A stretch of 64,000 nucleotides of DNA from Setoptus koraiensis. Its lineage: Eukaryota; Animalia; Arthropoda. Position numbers and translations under genes: made by a program. Positions 1-13,800 of the stretch are shown piece after piece. The stretch is from NCBI GenBank assembly GCA_048013815.1, contig CM106585.1, positions 22,072,001 to 22,136,000 of the forward strand. The letters run 5' to 3'. The notes beneath the pieces are model-generated. The model saw only the letters and a list, made by a program, of their open reading frames with translations, made no database searches and was not told where the DNA came from. Positions within the stretch are counted from its first letter, which is position 1. Every line of letters begins with the position of its first letter.

Positions 1-312
1 AGGGTTCTTCACCACTGGCATAGGATCAGCAATCGAATTAGTAAATGAATTAGATGTCGATGGTTGATCTTCTTTGTTTTGCAGGTCGAAATGAGCTTTG
101 ATAGTGTCGGCTCGCTGACCTGCGAATTGCCACCAAGCACCATAGTTATCGAGTTTGGTTTGTTTCCAAACCGCCGATGCCTTTGTTGAAGACGATCTTA
201 CTCTTTTGTTGGTTTTATTTCGTCTGAAATATTCTCCATCGTCATCTGCCCTTTTTAAGGTAGGATCATCTACGAGGCGTATAGTGCTATCTTTTACATC
301 AGAATAATACAT
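1..312 (-). CDS. Open reading frame running off the left window edge, product unknown
   Basis: ATG at 312-310 opens 104 stop-free codons (MYYSDVKDSTIRLVDDPTLKR...PMPVVKNP) to position 1. An in-frame TAG lies 3 codons upstream. No recognisable domain; it could be an internal exon or a TE remnant. Confidence 0.3.
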   Translation of the reverse strand, partial: MYYSDVKDSTIRLVDDPTLKRADDDGEYFRRNKTNKRVRSSSTKASAVWKQTKLDNYGAWWQFAGQRADTIKAHFDLQNKEDQPSTSNSFTNSIADPMPVVKNP

Positions 313-1860
313 CTCAAGCTACTTGATTGCAATTAATTTAATGTATCGAAAATGCGGTGATAGTATCTCTGGTACAAGGTTAATTAATTCTAATCTTCTT
401 CAGGGTAACGAGGCGAAATTTATATCGATGATTATATAGAGTGCAATAACTAATTTATATATCTATATTACGTAAACTAAACTCAATTCTTTTTATTCCT
501 AAAGTGCATTGAAGTTCTATTACGATTTCAGTTGTGCAATGGCATAGTGAAACACCTTCACCGAGATTCCTCTCAATCTGTCGAGTTGCATAGAAAGCGG
601 AAATGAGATCGAATCTCAGAGAAAAAGTTCGGTCCGGGGCGCCACACTCATCAACCGTTACGGTGGAATGGCGCGAATTTTCAGTACAATTTGAATATCG
701 TTACGCAAGATGCGCAATGGACCAATCTTCGAGTGGAGCTGATGCGCAATTAAAAATGTACTTGCCAATGTATGAAATTACATAGCTGCATATACAGTTT
801 GTTCTCGCTACTCGTACAATAAATTTCCATCAGGTCGACACTATTATTTCTTTGTACTGCAGTATTAGGTGCGATTTGGTTATTTGTATAACAACCAACT
901 ATCGAGCGTAGTGCTTCTTTTGTATAATGAAAAGAATCCATTGCTTGTTAACTAATCTCTTATCATGAGACAACTCAAGAGAGTTGAAACATTCGACAAA
1001 ACACTCAAGGTTCGACCGTGCAATTTTGGAGCGAAGCCAGCGCCTCTCAGGGCAAATTAATTAAACTGCTGTAAGTCTTCGGGAGGAAACTGTTGGAGGC
1101 AAAAAATCCGCACATGGCGGAGCACGCCCATGCTGTGAATCCGCTCATGATTACGCGGAATGCCCACATTCGATTCGTAATAGATTAGAGTCAAGCAGAT
1201 ATAGATCAGAATGATTACAAAAATCCGTTTATCTTTTTGCAGGTCAGATTTTCGTCGGCTGTTTGATTCATCTCAGAGCGATCCAGTAATCAGTTTGATC
1301 TAGATGTTACTACCTGCGATCATTACTGCTTAATGATATTTTGAAGTTTATCAGATTGAAGAACGGTATCTCATCAGCACGGGGTCATTGCTGTCGGCTT
1401 ATGAAGAAGTAAACAGCAAGGTAAAGAGTGTATGATCAAATTTTGTAATAAACAATCTGAAACCGCTTGCCCTTTCATTTCGGAAACCATCGGCATACAC
1501 AGAAAAGAGGGTCTGCCCTACTCACGCATCGACTTATGAGCATGACGCAAAAACCGCACAACCGCTCGGATCGAAATTTGGGGCAGCACCCTTGCCCGTA
1601 CCATTAAAAAAAACAATCATGATGCTGCAGCATATGCAGGACACCTCGCATCTTGCAACGGCGTGAAATGTGTACACAAACAATCACATATTCAATATAG
1701 ACTCGCTCTCGTTAGGACGATCCATTTATAAAACATATGACTAATCTCAGTTGGACCGAAGGATTCTCATGATTAATCATATCTATCTTTGAATATATTT
1801 TATTTCTTATATTCTACCATCGTACTAGTGTAAATTATTATTTTCTAGGCAGAGGAAAAC

Positions 1861-2988
1861 ATGGAGCACGCTCTGTTCAAGGAGATAGACCGTTGTATAG
1901 AAACTCTGGGTTCGTCTAGGCTTCTAAATAAATTGAAGCAGACATTTGTCAACAAGCAATATTATGAAGCCCATCAAATATTCAAAACTATGTTCTTTCG
2001 TTTTGCCACATCCGAGGAAAAATTAATTGTTTTAGAGTCTCTATTATTTGAGGGATCATTACTGCTGCTACGACTAAATGAACATCAGTCAGGCCAAGAT
2101 GTTGCCAATCTGTATATTGAGGCCTGTGCAAAAATTTTATCGAATGATAGGAGACAATCAAATGATAGGACTAAAGATGTTTGTATAAGTAAAAATGTTA
2201 CCATTATTGCCAAGGAACTTCCAACAAATACAGAACTAGGACTACAGAGGTTTATTTCCGACTTGTTCAAAACTCTAACGCCTAAACACATTAACAATGA
2301 TATATTGCACCAATATCTGGCTATTTTCTTCTGGAAAGACAAAAGAGACTACGTCAACAGCAGATATCATTTTATGCATTCAGCCGATATAAAGGAGAAA
2401 AATCAGGCACCCATTTGCACCGATATGTTGATAGAATATCATCTCAGTCTCGGATATTTATCAGAATCAGATTTATTTATTGCACAATTCATTCTTCAGC
2501 TGTTGTGCCTTCGTCAATCCACTAATGCCAAGAAAACAAATCACAGTATGGCCTCTATACCTGGAACAAGCACTGACTTCAAGAATTATGCCGAAAGAAT
2601 ATTCTACACCTATACTAAAGATCACCCGGATATCAGGCGGACCGAGAGTCCGTTTTCACAGCCTCTATTGAATTTCGTATCTTTCTTGCTTTCAATTTTA
2701 GACACTAAAGACGCACAGACATTTAAGGCTTTGCGCGATATTTACGTGGTTAGTTTAAACAGGGATCCCAACTATTTCGACTATCTAACGCGCATTGGAA
2801 CGATTTATTTCGATATTGCTGATCGTGCGCAACAACGTCAAGGAGGTTTGTTCGGTAACTTGTTACAATCATTATTAGATGATAACGATGATGAAAGTGT
2901 CGACTCCAGTGATAATCCCGATCTTCAATCCGATTCACGCTCAATAGACACCACATGTCTCCAATCTCAGGATGATGAATTAGATTGA
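1861..2988 (+). CDS. GET4: Golgi-to-ER traffic protein 4 (GET4/TRC35) homolog, single exon
   Basis: 375-aa ORF with family motifs YYEAHQIFKTMFFRF, SRYHF, ESDLFIAQFILQLLCL, PLLNFVSFLL and SLNRDPNYFDYLTRIGTIYF, and an acidic C-terminal tail. Confidence 0.92.
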   Translation: MEHALFKEIDRCIETLGSSRLLNKLKQTFVNKQYYEAHQIFKTMFFRFATSEEKLIVLESLLFEGSLLLLRLNEHQSGQDVANLYIEACAKILSNDRRQSNDRTKDVCISKNVTIIAKELPTNTELGLQRFISDLFKTLTPKHINNDILHQYLAIFFWKDKRDYVNSRYHFMHSADIKEKNQAPICTDMLIEYHLSLGYLSESDLFIAQFILQLLCLRQSTNAKKTNHSMASIPGTSTDFKNYAERIFYTYTKDHPDIRRTESPFSQPLLNFVSFLLSILDTKDAQTFKALRDIYVVSLNRDPNYFDYLTRIGTIYFDIADRAQQRQGGLFGNLLQSLLDDNDDESVDSSDNPDLQSDSRSIDTTCLQSQDDELD

Positions 2989-3968
2989 TTTATTCCACAA
3001 TGAGCTATCATCAAAATCGACACGTTAAGCGCAAGCAACTTGTGTGTAACAATCCCTTCATTATTGATAGATTTTGTTAAAATTGTTACAAATGCAGAAG
3101 TTTGATAAATAGTCGACTGAAGGATTCAATAAAAAAAAGACTCGAATTTTCTTTAGCTAGCTATTCACGAAAGCCACTCAAACTATGTTTCAAGTTTTCA
3201 TAAGATTCTCACAACTAGTGCACAATTCTTACCTTCTTACCAACGACAATATCGCATTATATTCTTATTACCACGATAACCATGATGTTGACGTAAGAGT
3301 TGAATATGCATGTTGCAAGTGACTGAGGTTTTCAGTGACGATCGAATCATTTACACATCTATATCGAGTATCAACTCAGTATTCTCTGAGTAGTGCATAG
3401 GTAATCTAGGAGACAAAATGTAGATCTCACAATTCAAAAGAAATTAACAAGAGGTAGGTGATTGATTACATAGTAATCAGTAGATCTTAATGATTGGAAG
3501 AGGCCGAAATTTCGATCGAGAGGTGGGAGAATCACCTGCCCCGATCGCTAGCAAAGTTTGAAGAGAGCGCGTGTGTTGCAGCTCACGTTTTGCGCATCCT
3601 GACAGCGCATGAGGATAGGATTCGTTTAAAAGGAACTAGCATGTCGTATAAAAAGGTTCATGCATTACAGTCGCTCTGGTCACTGCTGCCGGTCAGTGTC
3701 TTCATCCGGATTGGTTCCGTTGAATAATAAAAACTGGACCTAAATATGTAGCTAGATACAATATATGGGCCTCTTCTGGTCAACAAAAGCATACACAAGT
3801 TTAAAACAGCATGAGAGGCAAGACAATAATAGGCGCTAATAATAAGCCACTTGTAACAATCACAAGATGAAAGAAAAGTGAAACCCTCCCATACACCGTG
3901 CTAATCTCGCATCCCCTAGCATGGAACCTCGATGTCTTCAACCTATCGAAATCAATAGTCCAGATCGG

Positions 3969-3976
3969 TATCGATA
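3969..3976. promoter_or_regulatory. DRE-like palindrome TATCGATA
   Basis: Exact match to the arthropod DRE octamer, about 900 nt upstream of the 4881 gene. Could be a chance match. Confidence 0.2.
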
Positions 3977-4207
3977 GAAAATTATCTGAAGCCTCTGATG
4001 AAATGATGAACCTAGGATTTTGATAGGAATTGCCGTCTGATAATTGCTGACGAATAATCCTCTTAGACTGATCATCAAGCTTCAAAGATATTTTCCTATC
4101 TTATCCTGGAATATACAAATGATCGCGCGAATTCTATCTTCTTCATTATGACTCTTGCCCTGTAATGACCTTCCATTTCATCGTATGACCCAAAGCTTCG
4201 TTCAATA

Positions 4208-4618
4208 GTAAATATCGGAATTAGTGACCAGATTGGTCGAGCCATTACATGCTCGTATATTAAGAATATCTCGTTTGGTCAATATATTGGTGAGCTTTCT
4301 CGGCACATTAATTTCCGACTCTAGCCACTCATTCATTATATCAAGGGTCAATGATCTCGATGTTTTCAGAACTTGTTGCTACAGATATTCAATATCTGAT
4401 CCAAGTTCATCAGCGAGGTTGCATCTTCTGTGGACATGTACACTGATGGCAATGCACCTTGTACTGAAGCACGTTAGGGGATAGATTTCGAGATTGTTGT
4501 TTCAAGGCCTGGAAAGTTGTTCGTTTAGTTTTTTTGCGGTTTCTCTGTTGCTTCTATGACCATAGTGAACAAATAATTGATGTAAGAGTTCAAGACCACT
4601 ATTCATTTGGATAAAGGG
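4208..4618 (-). pseudogene. Decayed coding remnant, possibly integrase/TE derived
   Basis: Hand translation gives about 137 codons of protein-like sequence with only two internal stops (PFIQMNSGLELLHQLFVHYGHRSNRETAKKLNEQLSRP*...EYL*QQVLK...). The H..GH....T...L spacing loosely recalls integrase H2C2 zinc-binding regions. Confidence 0.25.
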
Positions 4619-4880
4619 TTGAACTCTCGTGACTCAGCCCCCAAAGGAAATGTCGTCCATGTTCGCTCCTTTTGTGTCTTATAAATATGTATATCTTAAC
4701 GAATTATGAAATATTCTGCTCTGTTCTAATCTAGCAGTCTACTTGAGTGTTGATCAGTGAATCATCAAGAAGATATCCGAAACTTTGATGAAAGTCACAG
4801 AGTTTCAATTGTCATTCAAGCAACATCGAAGCCAGTCCATTCAATCATATCGTAATATGAATCAAAACACTTCTAGAAGA

Positions 4881-5846
4881 ATGTCTGCAAACAGATTATT
4901 CGTACTATCTATCATATCTGGTAAGTTTTTATCTTTTCAGAAGAGTCACAGAAAGAAAGACTGTTATTAATACCTGAATAACTCTAATCTGTGATGTCGA
5001 ACATTAGCGCTTTTCTTTCTATATATAAGCGCACAAAATCAGCAAATATTAGCAGCAAATGTGACTCCAAAATCAGCGGCAAGTGATAACAAAACTTCAG
5101 AGCCATCATGCCACTTAAGGGAGATGGATTTGTGCTTGGCTTCAGTGGCTATATTCACTCAAAATCAAAATGGGCACCCAATTAACGAGGCCGAAATCAA
5201 TAGGCAGTGTAAGATTCTAAATGAAACAGAAAGTTGTATATCTAATTTCACTAGTCGTTGCTTGACAGACCACCAAGCGCAATTAGTGGACATGTTTGCG
5301 CACGGAAGTCTAGATAGTATCAGAGAGTTTTGCAAGCCACACTCAAAATTGAGAACTCTTTATCTCAAACACGGCACCTGTGTCAATGCTCAAAACAAAG
5401 CTCAGAAGTTGTGCATCAGAGATTTCCAGTCATCATTGGAAAAAATGTCCGACATGAAAGAGTGGACAGATAGACCGAAGCTAAGCTGTTGGTAAGTTTT
5501 TTTTTTATGAAACTATCACCAAATTTTGTAAACCATGGCTTTTCGCATCTATGGTGTTAACCATATTTTTCTTTGATTTAACGATTTATCCAAATACAGT
5601 GCCTACAATAGACTACAAGCTTGTATTCACGATGCTGTCGAACCAAAATGTGGCGCCGAAGCCATGGAAGTGGCTCAATCATTCACGAAGGCGACATTTT
5701 CTCGCATACCGAAAGTTATTTGTGCAAAATACGAGCACAACGGGAAGCAATGTGCATCCTTGCTACCACCAGCAGGAACCGTGCCAAAGGGTGCCAAATC
5801 ACATTCAGTAATGTCAAAGATATTCTCTACTTACTCAAACAGTTGA
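4881..5846 (+). CDS. Cys-rich secreted protein of a chelicerate-type uncharacterised family (about 241 aa, 3 exons)
   Basis: Exons 4881-4920, 5053-5491 (NAGNAG alternative start at 5056) and 5600-5846, with GTAAGT donors and matching phases (726 nt total). Hydrophobic N-terminus MSANRLFVLSIISAA, then CHLREMDLCLAS...C...C...YLKHGTCVN...CC.Y..L..C.......C. Confidence 0.75.
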
Positions 5847-6919
5847 GCATCTGAGAACTAACCACCATATCTGGTATAATTAGTGAGTATTGTCTACATT
5901 TAAGATTGCTCGCTAACAATGCATAAAGAAATTGACCAATAAATATATCATATTGTAAATTCAGTTGAATTTAGTCAGTTGTTGGGCCCGTCCTCGTTAT
6001 GGCTGTATTAATAGTTTAGTCCGCTGCTGAATTTTCTCTTTTTAGCTATTGTGCAATAGACGCGACGAATAGCATCTAGTATCGAGCAATTGATCGCATG
6101 ATCTAGATTCTAGATGGCGCCAAATGTAATCCTGTCGTAAATGCAAAGTTGTCCTATCGGATTGTTCTATCATTTAGTGCGCGGGTATGCATCATCGAAC
6201 ATGAGATGTAATTCGACACCCACCAACCACTAATTAATATGGTACGATGAAACGGGCTTAACTTTATACAATTTGCGATTTGTCTAGGAATTTGAGGAGT
6301 GAAGCGCGAGAGTATGTGTTTCGCAATGAATGTGAGAGCTGTGCTCATTTTATCGAATCACAGATTATTCTTCTCTTATCCAATTTGACTTGCCGCAGCT
6401 CATATTATATGGCGAGGGCATGAAGCTACAAGACACACAGTGCGTTCTACAAACTTCATGAGCGCGGTGTGCGTAATTATTAGCCTATAATAGTGCTATG
6501 CGCTGCAGTGTATTATACATGAACAAGTGTGGCCTATAATAATAGAATAATTGGACCATTGTGCGCAGGGGCAAAAGCGCTTCAACAAGGATTTGTGCGC
6601 GCGTGTGTGCAGTGTTGAAGTTCAGACAAAAAGAAAAACAGACAGTTGCAGAAAATCGACTACCCAAAAGGCATGGCAACCATTTCAAGGATCGAATTTA
6701 TGCGCAGTAAGTGTTGAAATATAAATTCTAGCCATGATATAATAGTGCACTGTGCAAGATTGTGGTATTCGTTCAACGTATCGTAATGAGTGTCCAGTTT
6801 TTATCGTATTATTTCTGTACACAATTCAGATGAGATCCAGATAGAACCGATCAGTTATTGTTGTTTATATTATCATTATTATTATTATTACTAGAAAATT
6901 ATTATCGTTCGTGTTGAGC

Positions 6920-9148
6920 ATGGAGCACAAAATGTACAATCAGCATCACCAGCAAGTGCTGGCGCACACCCAACAAGCCGCACAACTCCAGCAACACCAA
7001 CAACAGCAATATCAACAAATTGACCAGATTAGTTTTGAAGAACAATCGGTGAACATTATGGATACGAGTCACATTCACGATTCAACAGCAACGGCCACAG
7101 CAACAACAACAACAACAACCGAGCAATATCAAGTGGAGCACACGGTGCCAAACGGTCAAGTCAACCAGCCAATATCCTATCATATGGAATCAGCCCGTCA
7201 TCAGATAGTGGCGCCTCACACAACCGCCGCACCGCCAGCCCAACAACAGTATCATCAGTATGCCAACCATCAACAAAGTAACAACACTAACCAAATCTTA
7301 CGAGTTGCGGTCAATCAAATTCCGCCCGATGCGGTAGATCACGATGAGGAGCTCGTCGCTAGAGATTTTGGGCCCGATTTTAATTTATTAGAGTTTCATC
7401 TAAATTATGACCCCAGTAAAAACAGCACAAGCGCCAACGGCTTACCGGTTACAGCACCCGAAAACCATTACACAGAATACTCTAATTATCTACCTAATCA
7501 AACTAGCCACCATCAGCATCTTCAATTTAGATCACCGGTAACCAATGAACGATTCGCCAGCAACGACATTCATAACAGTCATCTAGACCATCACTACGCC
7601 AGCCATCACAATCACTATAGTCAGCACGACCATCATCATCACAATAATCAACACAATCATCATCTCGGACAGCAGCAACAGCAGCAGCTGTATTGTAATG
7701 ATCGCCATCAGCATCATCATCAACAACAACAGGTGCCTCTATTGAATTCACAACAAGATCAACATCAATATCAATCACACAATCAGTTTGCTGAACCAGA
7801 TCTTGCCAACATAGATTCAACGAATGCTCAACTATTGCAACAACATCATCATTATCCACACCATATTGACCAGCATGATCAAGGCGAACAGTTGTGTCAA
7901 GCGTCACAACAAGTTTTGTATAATAGCTGCCATCAGCAAACCACAACAACCACAGCAATTTTGTCACAACCTCACCAAGTAATGATGCACCCTGATTCTC
8001 ATTATATGCAACAACAGCAACAAAGAGCATACAATCAAGAGCAATCAGCAACACTTCAATCTGCCCCTAATATCACTATTGATTCTCTAGATACCGATGA
8101 AAAAATACCAATTGTTGGCGACACTATCACATCGACAGAGTTAATATCCTCCTGGCCAACAGACCATCATCAACATCATGACCACCGTCATCATATGACA
8201 CCAACTAATCAATCACAGAATAGTACGAGTAATCATAATGGTAATGCTCACAATGTTGTTGAAATGAAACCAGCAACCCAGGCCAATAATACCAATAATA
8301 GTAGAGATAGTTGTTCAACAACAGTAAACTCAAATAGTCACAATTACCATTATATTCATCAACATCATTTTAATAGTGCTAATCAAAAGCCACCATTCTC
8401 ATACATAGCCTTGATTGCATTAGCTATACAAAGCACTGAGGATAAGAAGATCACGTTGAGTGGCATCTATAAATTTATCATGGATAAATTTCCCTATTTC
8501 AGAGAACAAAAACAAGGCTGGCAAAACAGTATAAGGCACAATCTATCATTGAATGAGTGCTTCATAAAAGTGGTCCGCAACGACAAGACCAAATCCGGCA
8601 AGGGTGAGTAGTTGAATATCTTCTACTGAATATTCAAGTATCTATATGATGGGTGTTGGATTTCTAGAAACAGACTACTTTTGTAGATTTGAAGCACATT
8701 TTCGCAGACAGTATCCATGCTTGCGGGAGTATCTATGAGAGCCCTTTCTCCTCTAACTCCTTCAACTTATTCGACTCCTCTTGAAATCCTCATTTCTACT
8801 AGTGCTAAGAATCTGCTCTCTTTATTCTCCGTTGTGAACCATTATCTGGACTTGAATTAATGGTGCACAACCCGTTCACTCGTCATAGATGATTCATTTT
8901 TCATTTTATTGCTGTTGCTGCTTCATCACAGTCAATGTAAAGTGCACACCAAATGTATACTGTGCACTACTGTTTGATGGTACATGTAGCTTATAATAAT
9001 TGGTTGTCGTGGCATCGAGAATAGAATCAAATTGTTTTTCATGGAACAATGCAAGCAATCGTAATTATTATTATCACATATCAAATTGTTCATTAACCAA
9101 CTAACTAACTGACTGCAACACTCACTAACTAACCAACCAACTAACCAT

Positions 9149-9223
<75 letters not shown>

Positions 9224-10896
9224 TGCAGAGAGAAAGTTTTATAATTAATTTGTCTGAGCGCTTCTGAGAGAAAAGAGAGCTGCAGAAAGAGCTAACGAAG
9301 CCAACAATTTTAAGTTTTTCTTTCAACGTCAGCTCCAGTTGAGCTAAGTTACTTTAAATCATCAAGTTCACTAGCTTATACATCGGGTTAATCTAATGAT
9401 ACGCTCCCTGATTCTGATGATCATCGAGTTGTCGGTATTGTTTGTGTAGAAGTAAGCGTTTTTCTAGAGCGAATGGGTAATAAGAGGAGAAAGAATATTA
9501 ATTTATCGCTGTTTCAAATAACCTGTGCTTGTCACTAGGCTACTGTTTGACGCACGGTGTCGATTCGTTGCACATTCAATGGTGGCTTCAAAAGATCCAC
9601 ACATGTTCAGTCACAAGGTCAACATTTGTTCAATTGTAATGTGACTTTTAATAAATCACCATTTTATACACTTCATCCATGTGGTTATAAAGAAACACTA
9701 AGCGAAAACAATGAAACAACACTCGAGTTTTTCAATTGAAATCGCTCGCTGAATGCCCCTGACTCTTTTACTCAATACGTAAGAGCATTACAAATCCTTC
9801 GTTCAGCATGTACTTGTTTTTGTTATTGCATTTCATTTGTTTCAGACTGCAATCTTAACACTTATTAATAGCTACATAGACACTTACATTATTGTCCAAT
9901 GAAGATGATGGGGTAATATTTGAGGTTTATAGCGAGGCAAAGAGGAGCTCGAGGCAAAACAATCAAATGAATTCCTCCCTAAGGTGGTCGATAAAGGTCG
10001 CTCCTCTTAGTAATGACACCATCGCCATTGGAGGGCCAAATGTGTGATACATTCTATGATTCCCGATCAGATTGTTGGATCAGTCGGTAGTATTTTTAAT
10101 TTCCTGTTCCTGTTCGTGTTGTGTGTATAGATGGCATATCTGAAAAATATTGCAATGCCGTTGTCATACGACAGACCTATCAGATCTATAATTATAAGTG
10201 GCAAACGCATACCTGTTATTTTCGGCCGGTATTACGGGCATCAAATAGATCTCTAGATGGCTCAATTCTATCAATAGTTGTTTCTCCCAAGTGACCTATA
10301 ACGGTCTTTGAAATGAATCTGCTCTTGCCCTGCTCCAATAATCAGGTAGCTCTTCTTATGAATCCTATTAGATATATATAATATATGCTGACTAGTGCCT
10401 CGTCATTTGTTTAATTTTCTTCACACAACCAACTATAGGTGCCTATTGGACACTGGAACCAAGTAGCCTGGACATGTTTGATAATGGTAGCTTCTTGCGC
10501 CGAAGACGACGATTTAAAAAGAAAGAACCAATTATAGGCGCCACAACAAAACTAACTGATGCCCTTAAATGTTTGACTCAACTTGAGGTGACACAAACAA
10601 AAACTCAATCACCACCTCCTACACTACCATTACCACCTCCACCACCATTGGCTCCATACACAAATGCAAACACTAATAATAGCAAAAAAACTAATCATTT
10701 GTCAAATGGTAGTTGTAATAGTAATAGCAACAGTAGTAGCAACAACAGCAATAGTAGTATTAGTAGTAGTAGCAATGGCAGCGGAGGTGTTAGTAGGAGC
10801 AGTAGAAATAGTAGGAATATAAGGAATAGTTGTCAAGGCAATATCGGCAACGCCAATTTACATCGTATGTCCAATTGCTCACTACCGATGACATAA
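6920..10896 (+). CDS. FoxC: Forkhead box transcription factor, FoxC (crocodile) type, about 713 aa, 2 exons
   Basis: Exon 1 6920-8603 ends KSGK-G|GTGAGT; exon 2 10439-10896 starts after TAG (phase 1). The joined domain [16 protein letters not shown]...[18 protein letters not shown]...[30 protein letters not shown] matches FoxC-class signatures. Long Q/H-rich N-terminus. Confidence 0.85.
9151..9220. repeat. (AG)35 microsatellite in the FoxC intron
   Basis: Perfect AG dinucleotide run read directly from the sequence. Confidence 0.95.
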
Positions 10897-13800
10897 TGAG
10901 ATTATAAAAAAATTGATGATAATAAACAATATAGCTCTATACTCGTATAAAACTATACAGTGTTGTTTATATCAATGAGTATTAGTCTATTCATATTGGG
11001 CCAACTAATTATATATAGTGGGGGCAACGCACACAAACGATCAATTCAATTGCCCCACAACCATCATGTATTGCACACACGAATCTCTTGTTACACACTC
11101 ATAACTTGAGCATCAAATGTCAACGAGGCAATTATTGACAGATATCGATGATGATCTGTTAAATGGTACGACAGCTAAATTTAAAATCAATTCTTAAGCC
11201 TCTGCCATTTCGTAGTGGAGTCTCTCATCGTGTCGGTTTGAGCTTCACTAGCACCGAGAAATTTGGATCTGCTTAGTATCTCAAACAAGGATGTTGGTTG
11301 AAGCTGTTGAGTAATTGGAATGATGATAATGTGTGGTAGATTACATGCATTTATATCAAGTGTCAAGTTGTTTGTTCTATGGCTTGTTTATATCAAGATC
11401 TTGACGCGCGTTTTCCGTCATTACGACGACGGCGGAAAACGCTCAATTGTAAATGGATTTGTCGCTGTGGCTCTACTAAATCCTGCTAGTTATACATCAT
11501 CAAAGAAGAAAGAAGACAAGTTCAAGAGAAGATGGCTATATAAAATGATAGCAGAGATGACAAATGATTAAAACATTGCTCGTAAAACAAATTGTTAGCA
11601 GCATTGCTCCTTATGTGTCATATGAGTGTGGCACCACAATTTGCATAAAAGCGCTCTCTTTAGCTAGCAAAGAGCCAACTTTTCTAGGCCGCTCGAGCTT
11701 CATATATGAATGGTTATATCATGAAATAGATTATCGAACCAAAGAGAGGACATACGAGACATGATTCAACACATGATGTCTATTTCTGCTAATTATATCG
11801 GAAAATTTCATGATGTGTGTCCATAGACGTCGCGCGTCACAAAAGTAGTCATTGTCGTCATATCGTAAACATTATTCTTGAAGAGAGAATTATAAGAATT
11901 ATCCACTTACACTCAACATCTCTTACAAGCAATATAAGCTAGCATACCACCAGCATAGTGGTCCTCGAAGAAAACTAAATGCAAATTATCATTCATTCCA
12001 GCGGCTGGATTGCATTGATAGGCGCACATTGAGATATCGCATAATGCAAATACCACATTGGGCATCCTGGCCGCTCGCATTAAATTGTTGCCGGGATCGA
12101 GCAATAGATAGTTGAGCTGGTATGAGAGAGCGAGAGAGAGAGGCAAGTGAAGTAGTACATTATTTAACTTGTGGAAACAGTTTATTGGTTCATTGTGCCT
12201 AACAAGAGCACAGATAATTACTGAGATAGTGTAGGTTGTGATTGATAGTTGGCATGTGTGTGTGTGTATAATGCTCGATTGTGCAATGTTAGACATTGCA
12301 CAACGAATAATGATATTTTCGATGATTCCAACAAATAGGATAGAGTACAACTAGCCGGTTACTGGCAATAGTTAAGGCAGTAGGACAAGTAAAAGGCAGC
12401 AAGACGCCAGAAGGAGAAGGAGACAAAAAGATCGCGCGAGGCAGTGCTCTTGTCGATTGCGGTCTCGTTTATTGCCCGTCTGTCACTTGGTCGTGTGTCT
12501 GCTATTTGCACGGATCGGATTGTTGGCCACTACAATGGCATCATGCAAATTGCAATCTTTTTGCAATTCTCTGTCATGGGGTATAAATATAATGAAAAAC
12601 AGACAACAATTGAGCTACTTGACTCACATGAGACGTGGATACGTTACGTCACAGTTGTTCGTTTTGGCTTTGTTCACTCGCTAAGCATCTGATCAACATC
12701 ATCGTGATGCGATGCTGTCTAGAGTAATTGTTGTTATAATTGCTGCAATCACCATTGGGCTGGCAAATAGTGTGAGCATGGCCCGATTCGTCGTTTGCCG
12801 ATTGTTCTAACAATGTCGTTGTTGTGCTTGGCTTGTCAAAAACTCACTGGTCTCGTGCAATAGTCACTTGAATAGGGTTGACATGGTGTTGTTGTTGCTG
12901 CTGCTGTTGTTGTTATTGTTGAGAGACCGGCCAGCGTTGTTGACTTGTTAGCTCTTTACGAAGATGCTAAATGCATCATGTTGTCAAGATGAGAACATCT
13001 TCAACAACGCTTGCAGACTGCATGAAAATGATATATATCACTTTCATCTCTTATAGACTCACCGAGGCACCTCGGTCGGTCGCATCTCGGATCGCATCGA
13101 GTCATCGATTATAATCCCGTTTTGGTCACATACTGGCAGACACACACACACACTCACGCCCACGCAGCTTGACTGACCTTTTGAAGCTCACTTGCACATT
13201 ATAGGTCTGGCGCTGGCGGTGTGTTTGTTGCGCTCATCACAAGTGTATATCACAGAGAATATATCGCGGCTGCTAATGTAGATATCGGCTGATGTTTGTA
13301 TGTTGTTCCCATTACATAAAACACCAACTTTGGCAACAATGCCACGTTACTAGCTTGTCTCTCATGCTGAACAACACAACAATAAAGGCCATAATGTCAC
13401 GAAATTACGTAAGTTTGCACATTAGTTCACACTACTGATAGTGGAATTGGTGCGCATTTTGACAATTGTTCAGCAAATGTAAATACTACAACTACCACTA
13501 CTTTGCACTTATTGTATACACTTACGACCCAATGTACGATCAATCTGTCTGTCGAATAGTGTCGGCATCGCACATCGTCGGCGACATTTTATTGTAGCTT
13601 TATGGAAGCCAGTTCCGATGAGTGTCGAGGGAACTCACACATCTTTGACTGGCATCTAGAGACCGCTTATATTCTCACAATGTGCAGATATAGTAATTAG
13701 TGTTAATGGCTGCGATGGCAACAATCAAAATCTTGCCGAATCTTGATGATTCTTGCTAGCATCAGAAGACTGCATTGTCGGCGAGCAATCGCCGGCACAA

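Noticed and set aside
7527-8054. 175-aa minus-strand ORF, and similar shadow ORFs at 29736-30284, 34741-35520 and 59654-60103
   Set aside because: They are antisense to low-complexity CAA/CAT-rich coding sequence, which gives stop-poor V/L/D/C frames. No independent domain signal.
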